Made by a program: the position numbers and the translations under genes. Of a DNA stretch of 64,000 bases, positions 25,081 to 32,988 are shown one piece after another. The stretch's first letter is position 1, and every line of letters starts with the position of its first letter. The notes under the pieces were generated by a model. That model was not told where the DNA came from, made no database searches, and saw nothing but the letters and a program-made list of their open reading frames with translations. Source of the stretch: Candidatus Spyradocola sp. (GTDB lineage Bacteria; Bacillota; Clostridia; Christensenellales; UBA1750); NCBI GenBank assembly GCA_050942925.1, contig JBMNOF010000003.1, positions 25,314 through 89,313 on the forward strand, read 5' to 3'.

Positions 25081-25122
25081 TCCGTAGTTTTTTTTCACGA
25101 CGGGATGGTCACGAACCGTCTA
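25081..25122 (-). promoter_or_regulatory. preQ1-I riboswitch aptamer
   Basis: The minus strand reads GACGGUUCGUGACCAUCCCGUCGUGAAAAAAAACUACGGA. Compare B. subtilis queC AGAGGUUCUAGCUACACCCUCUAUAAAAAACUAAGG: it shares the P1 stem, GGUUC, CCC and the A-rich tail with CUA. Confidence 0.8.
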
Positions 25123-25198
25123 TTGCGTTGTCGAAAAAGAGTATACCAGATTCCGTCGCCGCTGTGTGTTAGGTTTGTGTGAAGCCCGCGTCCCCTGT

Positions 25199-25912
25199 TC
25201 AGGCGCAGAAGATCTGGACCCAGTGCGCCACGCCGGCGCCATCCACGTAGTAGCCCACGCCGATCGAGGTGAACGCATCGTTGAGGATGTTGGCACGGTG
25301 GCCCTCAGAGTGCATCCACCCGTCTATGACCGCCTCCGGCGTCTGCGAGCCCTTGGCAATGTTCTCGCCAACGGCGCGGTAGGAGATCCCGAATTCCTTC
25401 AGAATCGTAAAGCAAGAGGTGCCGTCCGGACGCGTATGAGAAAAGCTCTGCGCAATCTCCTCCGCGCGCGCCTGCGCCGCCGCGCACAGCGTTTCATCCA
25501 GCTGGAGCGCCGTAAGTCCCGCGGACTGCCGGGCCTCGTTGACCAATGCGGCCACCGCCTCGGCCTCGCTCTGCACCGTTTCCTCCTCCCCGGTCTCCGG
25601 GGTCTCTTCGGAGGGATTTTCCTCAGAGGGCTTCTCCTCGGAGGGTTCGTCCTGCGGCGGAACTTCTTCCGCCGGGGGCGTGGAGGGCTCCTGTGTTACC
25701 GGCGGCAGGTTCGGACAGATCTCCGGCCAGTCCGGCAGAGAACATCCCTGCCAGTCCCCGCAGATGCAGATGCAAGGGCACCGCTCTGCCGTGAACGGTG
25801 CGCAGGTCTGGGTGGGCTCCACGCATGCGGCCGACGCAGCCGGCGTCGCGGCAAAGAGCGTTCCCGTGCACAGGATGGCTGCAGATGTCAGGATTGCAGA
25901 AATTTTGAACAT
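25199..25912 (-). CDS. secreted CAP/SCP (YkwD-like) domain protein
   Basis: Signal peptide MFKISAILTSAAILCTGTLFAATPAASA, then a Cys-rich stretch and a Pro/Glu-rich linker. CAP motifs: LVNEARQSAGLTALQLDETLCAAAQARAEE...GENIA...GWMHSEGHRANIL. Confidence 0.8.
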   Translation of the reverse strand: MFKISAILTSAAILCTGTLFAATPAASAACVEPTQTCAPFTAERCPCICICGDWQGCSLPDWPEICPNLPPVTQEPSTPPAEEVPPQDEPSEEKPSEENPSEETPETGEEETVQSEAEAVAALVNEARQSAGLTALQLDETLCAAAQARAEEIAQSFSHTRPDGTSCFTILKEFGISYRAVGENIAKGSQTPEAVIDGWMHSEGHRANILNDAFTSIGVGYYVDGAGVAHWVQIFCA

Positions 25913-26112
25913 TTGGTCTTACCTCCCTATTTGTTTTCCATTATGCTAGCACCATATTCCATTTCAATCAATGGTTCATCTTTCCAATTCGCTACTTTTT
26001 TGGATTTCTTGCAAATTTGAAACAACTTTTTATCAACTTCTTTCGCTTGCATCGGGGGCCGAGTTCTTGTACAATAGGGCGGATGAGACACAGGAAAGAG
26101 GTCCGTTTTGCC

Positions 26113-26793
26113 ATGAAAAAGCCCTTGATTGCCATTGCCTCTCTGATCTACGGCGACGAGTTTCCGCCGGGAACCAACTACAGCAACGCGGTGGAACGCG
26201 CCGGCGGCCGGCCGCTGTTTGTCTGCCGCGCCCTGGAGCAGGAGGACGTGGACTTTGTCCTACAGCACTTCGACGGTCTGCTGCTCACCGGCGGAGGCGA
26301 TCTGTGCCCGGAGACGCTGGGCTGCCCCGCACACGAGAAGACCGAACCCGTTCCCCTGGACCGCGACCGGACGGAAATCGCCCTCGCGCGCGCCTTTTTT
26401 GCAGCAGGCAAGCCCATTCTGGCCATCTGCCGCGGCGAACAGGTGCTCAACGTCGCCATGGGGGGAACGCATTGCCAGCACATCTTTGACCGCCCGCAGG
26501 TGCATCTGGCGCACCAGAACCGCGAGACGCGGCACGAGGTCCAGGTGGTCCCCGGCACGCATTTGCAGCGCATCTTCGGCGGCGCAAGCGTGCTGCGCGT
26601 CAACTCGACGCACCACCAGGCCGTCGAGACGCTCGCTCCCTGCTTTACGCTGGCCGCCACGAGCCCGGACGGCGTGATCGAGGCCTATGAGGCCGGCGAG
26701 AACGTCCTTGCGACCCAGTGGCACCCCGAGCGCTTGCTGGACGAGGGCATGATGCCCATTTGGGATTGGTTTGTCGGAACCTGCAGGGGCTGA
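26113..26793 (+). CDS. gamma-glutamyl hydrolase / peptidase C26-type class I glutamine amidotransferase
   Basis: Start trimmed to ATG 26113. LLLTGGGDL, ILAICRGEQVLNVAMGGT (nucleophile Cys), HHQAV and QWHPE. Confidence 0.75.
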   Translation: MKKPLIAIASLIYGDEFPPGTNYSNAVERAGGRPLFVCRALEQEDVDFVLQHFDGLLLTGGGDLCPETLGCPAHEKTEPVPLDRDRTEIALARAFFAAGKPILAICRGEQVLNVAMGGTHCQHIFDRPQVHLAHQNRETRHEVQVVPGTHLQRIFGGASVLRVNSTHHQAVETLAPCFTLAATSPDGVIEAYEAGENVLATQWHPERLLDEGMMPIWDWFVGTCRG

Positions 26794-26850
26794 CGTCCGC
26801 CCGAAATCTTCGGGGGCTTGACGCCCATCTTCGGAAAGAGAGGGATACGC

Positions 26851-27828
26851 ATGCGTTTTGCCGTCATCGGCACCGGGGCGATCGTGGAAAAGTTTCTTTC
26901 CGCCGGAAGCCAAGTGCCGGATTTTTCCCTATACGCGGTCTACAGCCGCACCAAGGAGCGGGGACAGGCCTTTGCCGCGGCGCATGGCGCGCAGCAAAGC
27001 TTTGACAACCTGGAGGAGCTCGCCGCCTGCCCCCAGGTCGACGCCGTCTACATCGCCAGCCCGAACTACGCGCACTGCCGCCAGGCGCTGCTCCTGCTCG
27101 CGGCGGGCAAGCACGTGCTGTGCGAAAAACCCATGGCCAGCAATGCTTCCGAGGTCCGCAAAATGCAGGCCTGCGCGCGGGAGCACAACGTCCTTCTCCT
27201 GGAAGCGATGAAGTCCGCCTTTGTGCCCGGATTTGCCGCCCTCTCGCAGAGCCTTTCGCTGATCGGGCGCCTGCGGCGGATCACGGCTTCCTACTGCCAG
27301 TATTCTTCGCGCTACGACAAGTTCAAGCAGGGCATCGTCCTCAACGCCTTTGACCCCAAGCTGTCCAACGGCGCGCTGATGGACATCGGCGTGTACTGTG
27401 TGTATCCCGTGGTCAAGCTCTTTGGCATGCCGCGGACGATCCAGGGCACGGCGGTCAAGCTCACCGGCGGCGTGGACGGCGCGGGAAGCATCCTGCTCGG
27501 GTACGGCGACTTCCAGGCGGATCTTCTCTACTCCAAGATCACGGACGGAGCGCTGCCCAGCGAATTCCAGGGCGAGGGCGGCAGCCTGCTCGTGGACCGC
27601 ATCAGCGAGCCGCAGTCGATTTCGATTCGCCCGCGCGGACAGGAGACGCGCTCGCTCTACGCGCAGCCGGAATCCACTCCCATGCGCTATGAGATCGAGG
27701 CCTTCCAGCGCCTTGCGCTCGAACCCGCTTCTGCCGAAAGCTATAGCCGCGCCACCTTGGAGACCGCCATGGTCATGGAGGAAGCCCGCCGGCAGATGGG
27801 CATTGTCTTCCCCGCGGATGCACAGTAG
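26851..27828 (+). CDS. Gfo/Idh/MocA-family oxidoreductase
   Basis: Start trimmed to ATG 26851. MRFAVIGTGAIVEKF (Rossmann) and AAGKHVLCEKPMASN. Confidence 0.8.
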   Translation: MRFAVIGTGAIVEKFLSAGSQVPDFSLYAVYSRTKERGQAFAAAHGAQQSFDNLEELAACPQVDAVYIASPNYAHCRQALLLLAAGKHVLCEKPMASNASEVRKMQACAREHNVLLLEAMKSAFVPGFAALSQSLSLIGRLRRITASYCQYSSRYDKFKQGIVLNAFDPKLSNGALMDIGVYCVYPVVKLFGMPRTIQGTAVKLTGGVDGAGSILLGYGDFQADLLYSKITDGALPSEFQGEGGSLLVDRISEPQSISIRPRGQETRSLYAQPESTPMRYEIEAFQRLALEPASAESYSRATLETAMVMEEARRQMGIVFPADAQ

Positions 27829-27905
27829 GGCGCAGACTTTTTGTCGTTTTTTCTTGACAACGGCCCGGGATGGTGCTATAGTAATACCGCGTCAAGCACC
27901 GGAAC

Positions 27906-27982
27906 GGGTCGCTAGCTCAGTTGGTTAGAGCACACGCCTGATAAGCGTGAGGTCGGTAGTTCGAGTCTACTGCGACCCACCA
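27906..27982 (+). tRNA. tRNA-Ile(GAU): tRNA-Ile (anticodon GAU)
   Basis: GGGTCGCTAGCTCAGTTGGTTAGAGCACACGCCTGATAAGCGTGAGGTCGGTAGTTCGAGTCTACTGCGACCCACCA. The 7-bp acceptor stem pairs, the loop is CU-GAU-AA, a T-loop GTTCGAG is present and CCA is encoded. Confidence 0.9.
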
Positions 27983-27985
27983 AGC

Positions 27986-28030
27986 AAAAACTGCAATTCC
28001 AAGAAGATTGGAATTGCAGTTTTCTTTTTC
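27986..28030. terminator. bidirectional intrinsic terminator
   Basis: ACTGCAATTCCAAgaagaTTGGAATTGCAGT is flanked by an A-run on the left and TTTCTTTTTC on the right. It serves both the tRNA (+) and the glycine-rich gene (-). Confidence 0.8.
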
Positions 28031-28065
28031 TCCGCGCGCTTTCCCGCAGAGGCGGCGCCCTTCCT

Positions 28066-28749
28066 CTAGGCCTTGACGCGCAGAACCAGCGCCCCCTGGT
28101 TGCCCGGGCCCACGCCCGACTGGTGAAAGGACCCGCCGCCGCCATAGCCGCAGCCGTTTTGTCCCTCGTTGGCGCGCCAGTGCAGCCATCCCCCGCCGCC
28201 CGCGCCGCCGTTGGGCTTGGCCGTTCCGCCGTCGCCCGCGTCGGCCGCCTTGCAGGGGGCCCGGAACCGGCAGATCGGCTGTCCATCTCCCGACCCGCCG
28301 GAGCCGCTGGAGCCGTTGCTTCCGCCGTTCACGCCGCCCGAAGAGCCGCCGGACCCGCCGTTGGAGTAGTTGGGCGAGCCGCCCCCGCCCGCGCAGGTCA
28401 ACAGGCTCCCCAGCGTGGTGCTGCCGCCCGCCTCGCGGTGCGCGCCCCCCGCCCCGATCGTCACGGGGACGGCTCCGCTCAGCGACAGGTTCAGCGCCAT
28501 GTTCGTGTACCCGCTGCCGCCGCCCTGCGACATGTTGCAGCCGCCCCCGCCGCCAATGCCCCAGGCGTCGCCCTGGATCGTTCCCGTCACGGAAAGCGTG
28601 CCGGAAGTATACAGCACCGCCTCCCAGTATGCCTCGCCGTCGTAATCCTCCACGTGCCAGCCCGACCATTTTCCGCTGTAGGTTGCCGCGGGCGCAGCGG
28701 AAACGTCGATTCCGCCGCCTTTCGCCCCGCCCATGAGAAATGCTTTCAT
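28066..28749 (-). CDS. glycine-rich-domain protein (phage-fibre-type Gly-rich domain), orphan
   Basis: Start trimmed to ATG 28749 (GGGAGGAAG RBS). GIGGGGGCNMSQGGGSGY...VPVTIGAGGA...GGSTTLGSLLTCAGGGG...ALVLRVKA. No signal peptide is seen. Confidence 0.6.
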   Translation of the reverse strand: MKAFLMGGAKGGGIDVSAAPAATYSGKWSGWHVEDYDGEAYWEAVLYTSGTLSVTGTIQGDAWGIGGGGGCNMSQGGGSGYTNMALNLSLSGAVPVTIGAGGAHREAGGSTTLGSLLTCAGGGGSPNYSNGGSGGSSGGVNGGSNGSSGSGGSGDGQPICRFRAPCKAADAGDGGTAKPNGGAGGGGWLHWRANEGQNGCGYGGGGSFHQSGVGPGNQGALVLRVKA

Positions 28750-28866
28750 ACTCGCTTCCTCCCTTCCGAATCCATTGTAGGGAGCAGGCGCCCGTATGCC
28801 GCGCCGGACCGCGGCGAACAAAAGCACAAAAAAAGGACCGCGACGCGGTCCTTTTTTGAAAAGTGC

Positions 28867-30234
28867 TTATTCGCCAAGGGGCTTGATCTTGGTCCGGTAC
28901 GCGTGCAGGAAGAAGAGCGTGCACAGCGCGCAGGAAGCCAATTCCGCGATGGGGAATGCCCACCAGACGTTGTTGACCTGACCGGTGAGCGAAAGCAGCC
29001 AGGCGGCGGGCAGGAGCACGACGAGCTGGCGCGCAACCGAGATGACAAGGCTGGGAATGCCGTCTCCCAAGGCCTGGAAGACCGAGCTGATGACGATGGA
29101 ATAGGCCGCGACGAGGAAGTGCACGCTGATGATCCGCAGCGCGGAAACGCCGAGCTCCTGCATGGCGGTGGAGGCGTCAAACAGCCGCATGAGCTGCGCC
29201 GGAAGGAGCTGGAAGATGAGCACGCCCACCGCCATGATGATCAACGCGTAGAGCACGGACAACTTGATCGTGCCCAGGATGCGCGACTTTTTGCGCGCGC
29301 CGTAGTTGTAGGAGATGATGGGGACCATTCCGTTGTTCAGGCCGAATACGGGCATGAACACAAAGGACTGCAGCTTGAAGTAGACGCCAAAGACCGCCGC
29401 CGCCGTCGAGGAGAAGCTGATGAGGATCTTGTTCATGCCAAAGGTCATCACCGAGGAGATGGAGGCCATGATGATGGAGGGCACGCCCACGGCATAGATG
29501 CGGCCGATGGCCTTTCCATCCGGGCGGAAATGGCGGAAGGAGAGATGGATGTCGTGGTTCAGCTTGTGGTTGAACAGGATGCCCAGCCCAAAGCCGGCGA
29601 TCTGTCCGATGACCGTGGCCAGCGCCGCGCCCGTAACCCCCATTTTCGGGAATCCGAGCAGGCCAAAGATCATGATGGGGTCCAGGATGATGTTGATGAT
29701 CGCGCCCACGCCCTGGGTAATCATGGTGTAGAAGGTCCGGCCCGTGGCCTGCAGCAGGCGCTCAAACGCGATCTGCCCGAAGATGCCGAAGCTCAGGATC
29801 GTCACCACCCGCAGGTAGTCCTCGCCATAGTCCACGATCTCGGGAATGTCCGTCTGCCAGAGCATAAACTGCCGGGAGAAGAACACGCCGAACAGAATGA
29901 AGAGCACGGAGGTCAGCAGCATGACGAACACGCCGTTGTCGGCCGCGCGGTTGGCGCTGTCAAAATCCTTCGCGCCCAGCGAGCGGGAGAGCAGCGCGTT
30001 GATGCCGACGCCCGTGCCCGTCGCAAAGGCAATCATCAGGTTCTGGATCGGGAAGGCCAGGGAGACCGCCGTCAGCGCGTTTTCACTGATGCGCGCGACG
30101 AATACCGAGTCCACGACGTTGTAGAGCGCCTGCACCAGCATGGAAATCATGATCGGCAGGGACATGCTCAGAAGCAGCTTGTTGATGGGCATTACGCCCA
30201 TCTTGTTTTCCTGTGCGGGTACTTCGCTTTGCAT
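28867..30234 (-). CDS. MATE-family efflux transporter
   Basis: PINKLLLSMSLPIMISMLVQALYNVVDSVFVARISENALTAVSLAFPIQ with 12-TM-like hydrophobicity. The start is probably ATG 30234 (AGGAGG 7 nt upstream). Confidence 0.85.
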   Translation of the reverse strand: MQSEVPAQENKMGVMPINKLLLSMSLPIMISMLVQALYNVVDSVFVARISENALTAVSLAFPIQNLMIAFATGTGVGINALLSRSLGAKDFDSANRAADNGVFVMLLTSVLFILFGVFFSRQFMLWQTDIPEIVDYGEDYLRVVTILSFGIFGQIAFERLLQATGRTFYTMITQGVGAIINIILDPIMIFGLLGFPKMGVTGAALATVIGQIAGFGLGILFNHKLNHDIHLSFRHFRPDGKAIGRIYAVGVPSIIMASISSVMTFGMNKILISFSSTAAAVFGVYFKLQSFVFMPVFGLNNGMVPIISYNYGARKKSRILGTIKLSVLYALIIMAVGVLIFQLLPAQLMRLFDASTAMQELGVSALRIISVHFLVAAYSIVISSVFQALGDGIPSLVISVARQLVVLLPAAWLLSLTGQVNNVWWAFPIAELASCALCTLFFLHAYRTKIKPLGE

Positions 30235-30255
30235 GAAGATCCTCCTCATTCTCTC

Positions 30256-30807
30256 TTAATTGATCTCAATTCTTTTTACTTCAGCATCGAGGAACACCTT
30301 CGAGCCTGTGGCGCCTCGCTGTCTTTGGTACTTGCCGTCATAGGGATGCAACGCCGCACCGTCCAGCTTGGCAAACACCAGCTGACCAATCCGGCGCCCC
30401 GCCCGCAGCTCGATGGCGCAGCGGTTGGCGTTGAAGAGTTCCAACGTGATCTCCCCTTCAAACCCCGGGTCCACCCATCCGGCGTTCTGGATGAACAGCC
30501 CCATGCGCCCAAGGGAGCTCCGCCCCTCGACAAACGCGGTGAGATCGTCCGGCAGGGCGACGTATTCCATCGTCGTGGCCAGGACGAATTGATTGGGCAG
30601 CAGGACGAATCGCTCCGTCTGGATGGTCCGGTAGTCGCTCTCCCGGTCCAGCGTGACGAGCCCATCCGGCGAAGCCTCCACAACGCTGAAGGTGTTCCCC
30701 AGCCGAATGTCCACGCTTGCGGGCTGCACCTGCTCCCTTTCCAGCGGGGAGACGACCAACTCGCCCGACTCCAGCATGCGCAGAATCGTCCGATCCGACA
30801 GGATCAC
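30256..30807 (-). CDS. dcd: dCTP deaminase
   Basis: MILSDRTILRMLESGELVVSPL...QPASVDIRLGN...EGRSSLGRMGLFIQNAGWVDPGFEGEITLELFN. Confidence 0.85.
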   Translation of the reverse strand: MILSDRTILRMLESGELVVSPLEREQVQPASVDIRLGNTFSVVEASPDGLVTLDRESDYRTIQTERFVLLPNQFVLATTMEYVALPDDLTAFVEGRSSLGRMGLFIQNAGWVDPGFEGEITLELFNANRCAIELRAGRRIGQLVFAKLDGAALHPYDGKYQRQRGATGSKVFLDAEVKRIEIN

Positions 30808-30891
30808 GGTTTCTCCTCCTCTCCAGTTTGCAAGAGAAACTCCCCCCGCGCAAACTCCGCATAAGGGGGGAGGTCCTTGCCGCGCCGGCGC

Positions 30892-31659
30892 TTAGGCGCC
30901 CCGCGCGGCAAAGTGGGCCAGGGCCAACGCGATGGCAAAATGCCCTACGTCGTGCTGTGAGCCCTCCTTTTGCCCGGCCGCAAGGCGCGCATCCCATTCC
31001 GGTGCGTCGAGCAGGTCGCCGCTTGTGAAAAAGGCATACAGCTCCTTTTTCCGAAAGTCGCACACGGCCTGCACCGCGGCGCACTCCATTTCAACGGAAA
31101 TGCAGCCCTCGGCCTTGCGCTTTTCAAAATTCCCGCGCGTCTCGCGGTAGAGGGCGTCTGTGGTCCAGGTCTTTCCCAACACGCACGGAATCCCATTCTC
31201 CCGCATGCAGGCCGCGACGGTTTCCGCATTGCGCACCGGAATGTAGTCCGCGGGCGGCGCGTAGTGGTACGAGGTTCCCTCGTCGCGGTAGGCCGCCGTG
31301 GGGACCATGACCTTGCCCCGCGCGATTTCCTTGTTCAGGCAGCCTGCGCCTCCAAAGAGGATGTACTTGTCCGTTTGAAAGACGGCGAAGCTGTCCTCGA
31401 TCGTGCCTACACAGGCCGGCGCGCCGACGCTCGTCTTGAAGAAAGCAAAGGTGTTCCCCTCGTGCTGCATCCGCCAGACCGGCGTCTCCCCCGTGACGGA
31501 GTAGAGCGCGCCGATCCGCTCACAGGCATAGGTTTGCAGGACAAAGTCCTCAATCTCGTGAGAAAAGGTCAAGATGCAGGCATCCACCTGCGGCGCATCC
31601 GGCTCCACGCGAGGCTGGAGGATGGCGGGCGTGCATTCGTCAAAGGATTCCGTAATCAT
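30892..31659 (-). CDS. nucleoside phosphorylase-family protein (PNP/UDP type)
   Basis: Start trimmed to ATG 31659 (GGAAGGGGG RBS). FKTSVGAPACVGTIEDS...ILFGGAGCL...GKTWTTDALYRET...EGCISVEMECAAV. Confidence 0.7.
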   Translation of the reverse strand: MITESFDECTPAILQPRVEPDAPQVDACILTFSHEIEDFVLQTYACERIGALYSVTGETPVWRMQHEGNTFAFFKTSVGAPACVGTIEDSFAVFQTDKYILFGGAGCLNKEIARGKVMVPTAAYRDEGTSYHYAPPADYIPVRNAETVAACMRENGIPCVLGKTWTTDALYRETRGNFEKRKAEGCISVEMECAAVQAVCDFRKKELYAFFTSGDLLDAPEWDARLAAGQKEGSQHDVGHFAIALALAHFAARGA

Positions 31660-31853
31660 ACAGGATTCCCCCTTCCACGGGCAAACTGACTGTATTATAC
31701 AGAGTTCTTCCCCCCTTTTCAAGCGAGAGTGGGTAAATTTTCTCCTGCAACGGCATTCGTTCTAAATTTCCGGATTTCCCTCCGAAAAAAATGCGCCCGG
31801 AAGGCGGAAAAATTCCGTCTTCCGGGCGCCATCGCAGTGCGCAGCCGCAGGGA

Positions 31854-32921
31854 TTAGATCGAGCAGGCAACGGAATGCCCGCACTCTGCCGAAGCAAAGA
31901 TCGTCTCGATGAGCTGGAGCACGCGCCGGACCTGTTCGGGCTTGACGATGAGCTCCGCGCCGTTGTCGAGGACATCCACCAGGTTGCGGTACAGGCTCGT
32001 CCAATCGGCGTCGCTCGTGGGCAGGGGCAGCTCCTCGCGCGTCTCCGGCGGGCGGGGGGCCATCATGCGGGTGGGGCCAGCGGGCGTCTGCACGACGACC
32101 GGGGCGACCTTCCCCTCGGTGCCGAAGCGGGGCCGCGTGATGCCGCCCTTTTCCGCCGTAAAGTCGTCGATCTCCAGGGTTCCGCCCGCGCCGATGCAGT
32201 ACCAGCGGGGCAGCGCGCGGAAGGCGTAAGAGCCGACCTCCACGGTCAGCACCGGACCGCCTTCGAGCTTGAGCAGGACCTTGAAGTAGTCGTCGACCTC
32301 CTTGTTGGCCTCCAGGATCGACATCAGCTCCGCCTTGACGTCCACGATCTTCTTGTCCGGGTACATCCACAGCAGCTGGTCAAACATGTGCACGCCCCAG
32401 TCGTACACCATGCCGCCGCCATAGGCCTTAAAGGCGCGCCAGCCGTACATCGCGCCCACGGTGCCAAAGACGCGGCTCTCGATGGAGTAGACCTTGCCGA
32501 TCGTGCCGCTCTCGACCACCTCGCGCATGATGCGGTAGTCCTTGTCCCAGCGGCGGTTCTGGTGCACGGTCAGAAGCTTGCCGCACTCGCGGCTGACGGC
32601 CACCATCTCGTCCCAGTCGGCGACAGAGAGCGTCGCGGGCTTTTCCGTCATGACGTTCTTTCCCGCGCGCAGGGCCGCAATGACCAGTTCCTTGTGCACC
32701 TGGTTGGGGGTTGCCACCAGGACAAAGTTGATCTCCTCGATGGAGAGGAGCTCTTCCAGCGTCTTGCACGGACGCATGCCAAACTCTTCCTTTGCGGAAG
32801 CCAGCTGCTTTTCGTCTACGTCGTAGGCCGCGAGGAACTGAACGCCCGGGATCTTCGAGGCGTTCGTCGCATGCCAATGGGCCATGCCGCCAAATCCAAT
32901 GATGCCAATGCGCAAACTCAT
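31854..32921 (-). CDS. Gfo/Idh/MocA-family oxidoreductase
   Basis: MSLRIGIIGFGGMAHWH and ALRAGKNVMTEKP. Confidence 0.8.
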   Translation of the reverse strand: MSLRIGIIGFGGMAHWHATNASKIPGVQFLAAYDVDEKQLASAKEEFGMRPCKTLEELLSIEEINFVLVATPNQVHKELVIAALRAGKNVMTEKPATLSVADWDEMVAVSRECGKLLTVHQNRRWDKDYRIMREVVESGTIGKVYSIESRVFGTVGAMYGWRAFKAYGGGMVYDWGVHMFDQLLWMYPDKKIVDVKAELMSILEANKEVDDYFKVLLKLEGGPVLTVEVGSYAFRALPRWYCIGAGGTLEIDDFTAEKGGITRPRFGTEGKVAPVVVQTPAGPTRMMAPRPPETREELPLPTSDADWTSLYRNLVDVLDNGAELIVKPEQVRRVLQLIETIFASAECGHSVACSI

Positions 32922-32988
32922 GCGTATTCCCTTCCTTCTGTCGGGGCTCGGCGCGCGCCGTCCCCGCGTTCTAAACGCTTTCTATCTG

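Noticed and set aside
28123-30864. Other long shadow ORFs: 28123..30864 (+, 913 aa), 32884..34986 (+), 36715..38481 (+), 48203..49759 (-), 52425..53597 (-), 59382..60902 (-) and 60945..62063 (-).
   Set aside because: Same reasoning. The opposite strand carries clear MATE, dcd, GH127, ABC, Bce, GT51, MBOAT and DHHW genes, and the shadow translations are compositionally implausible.
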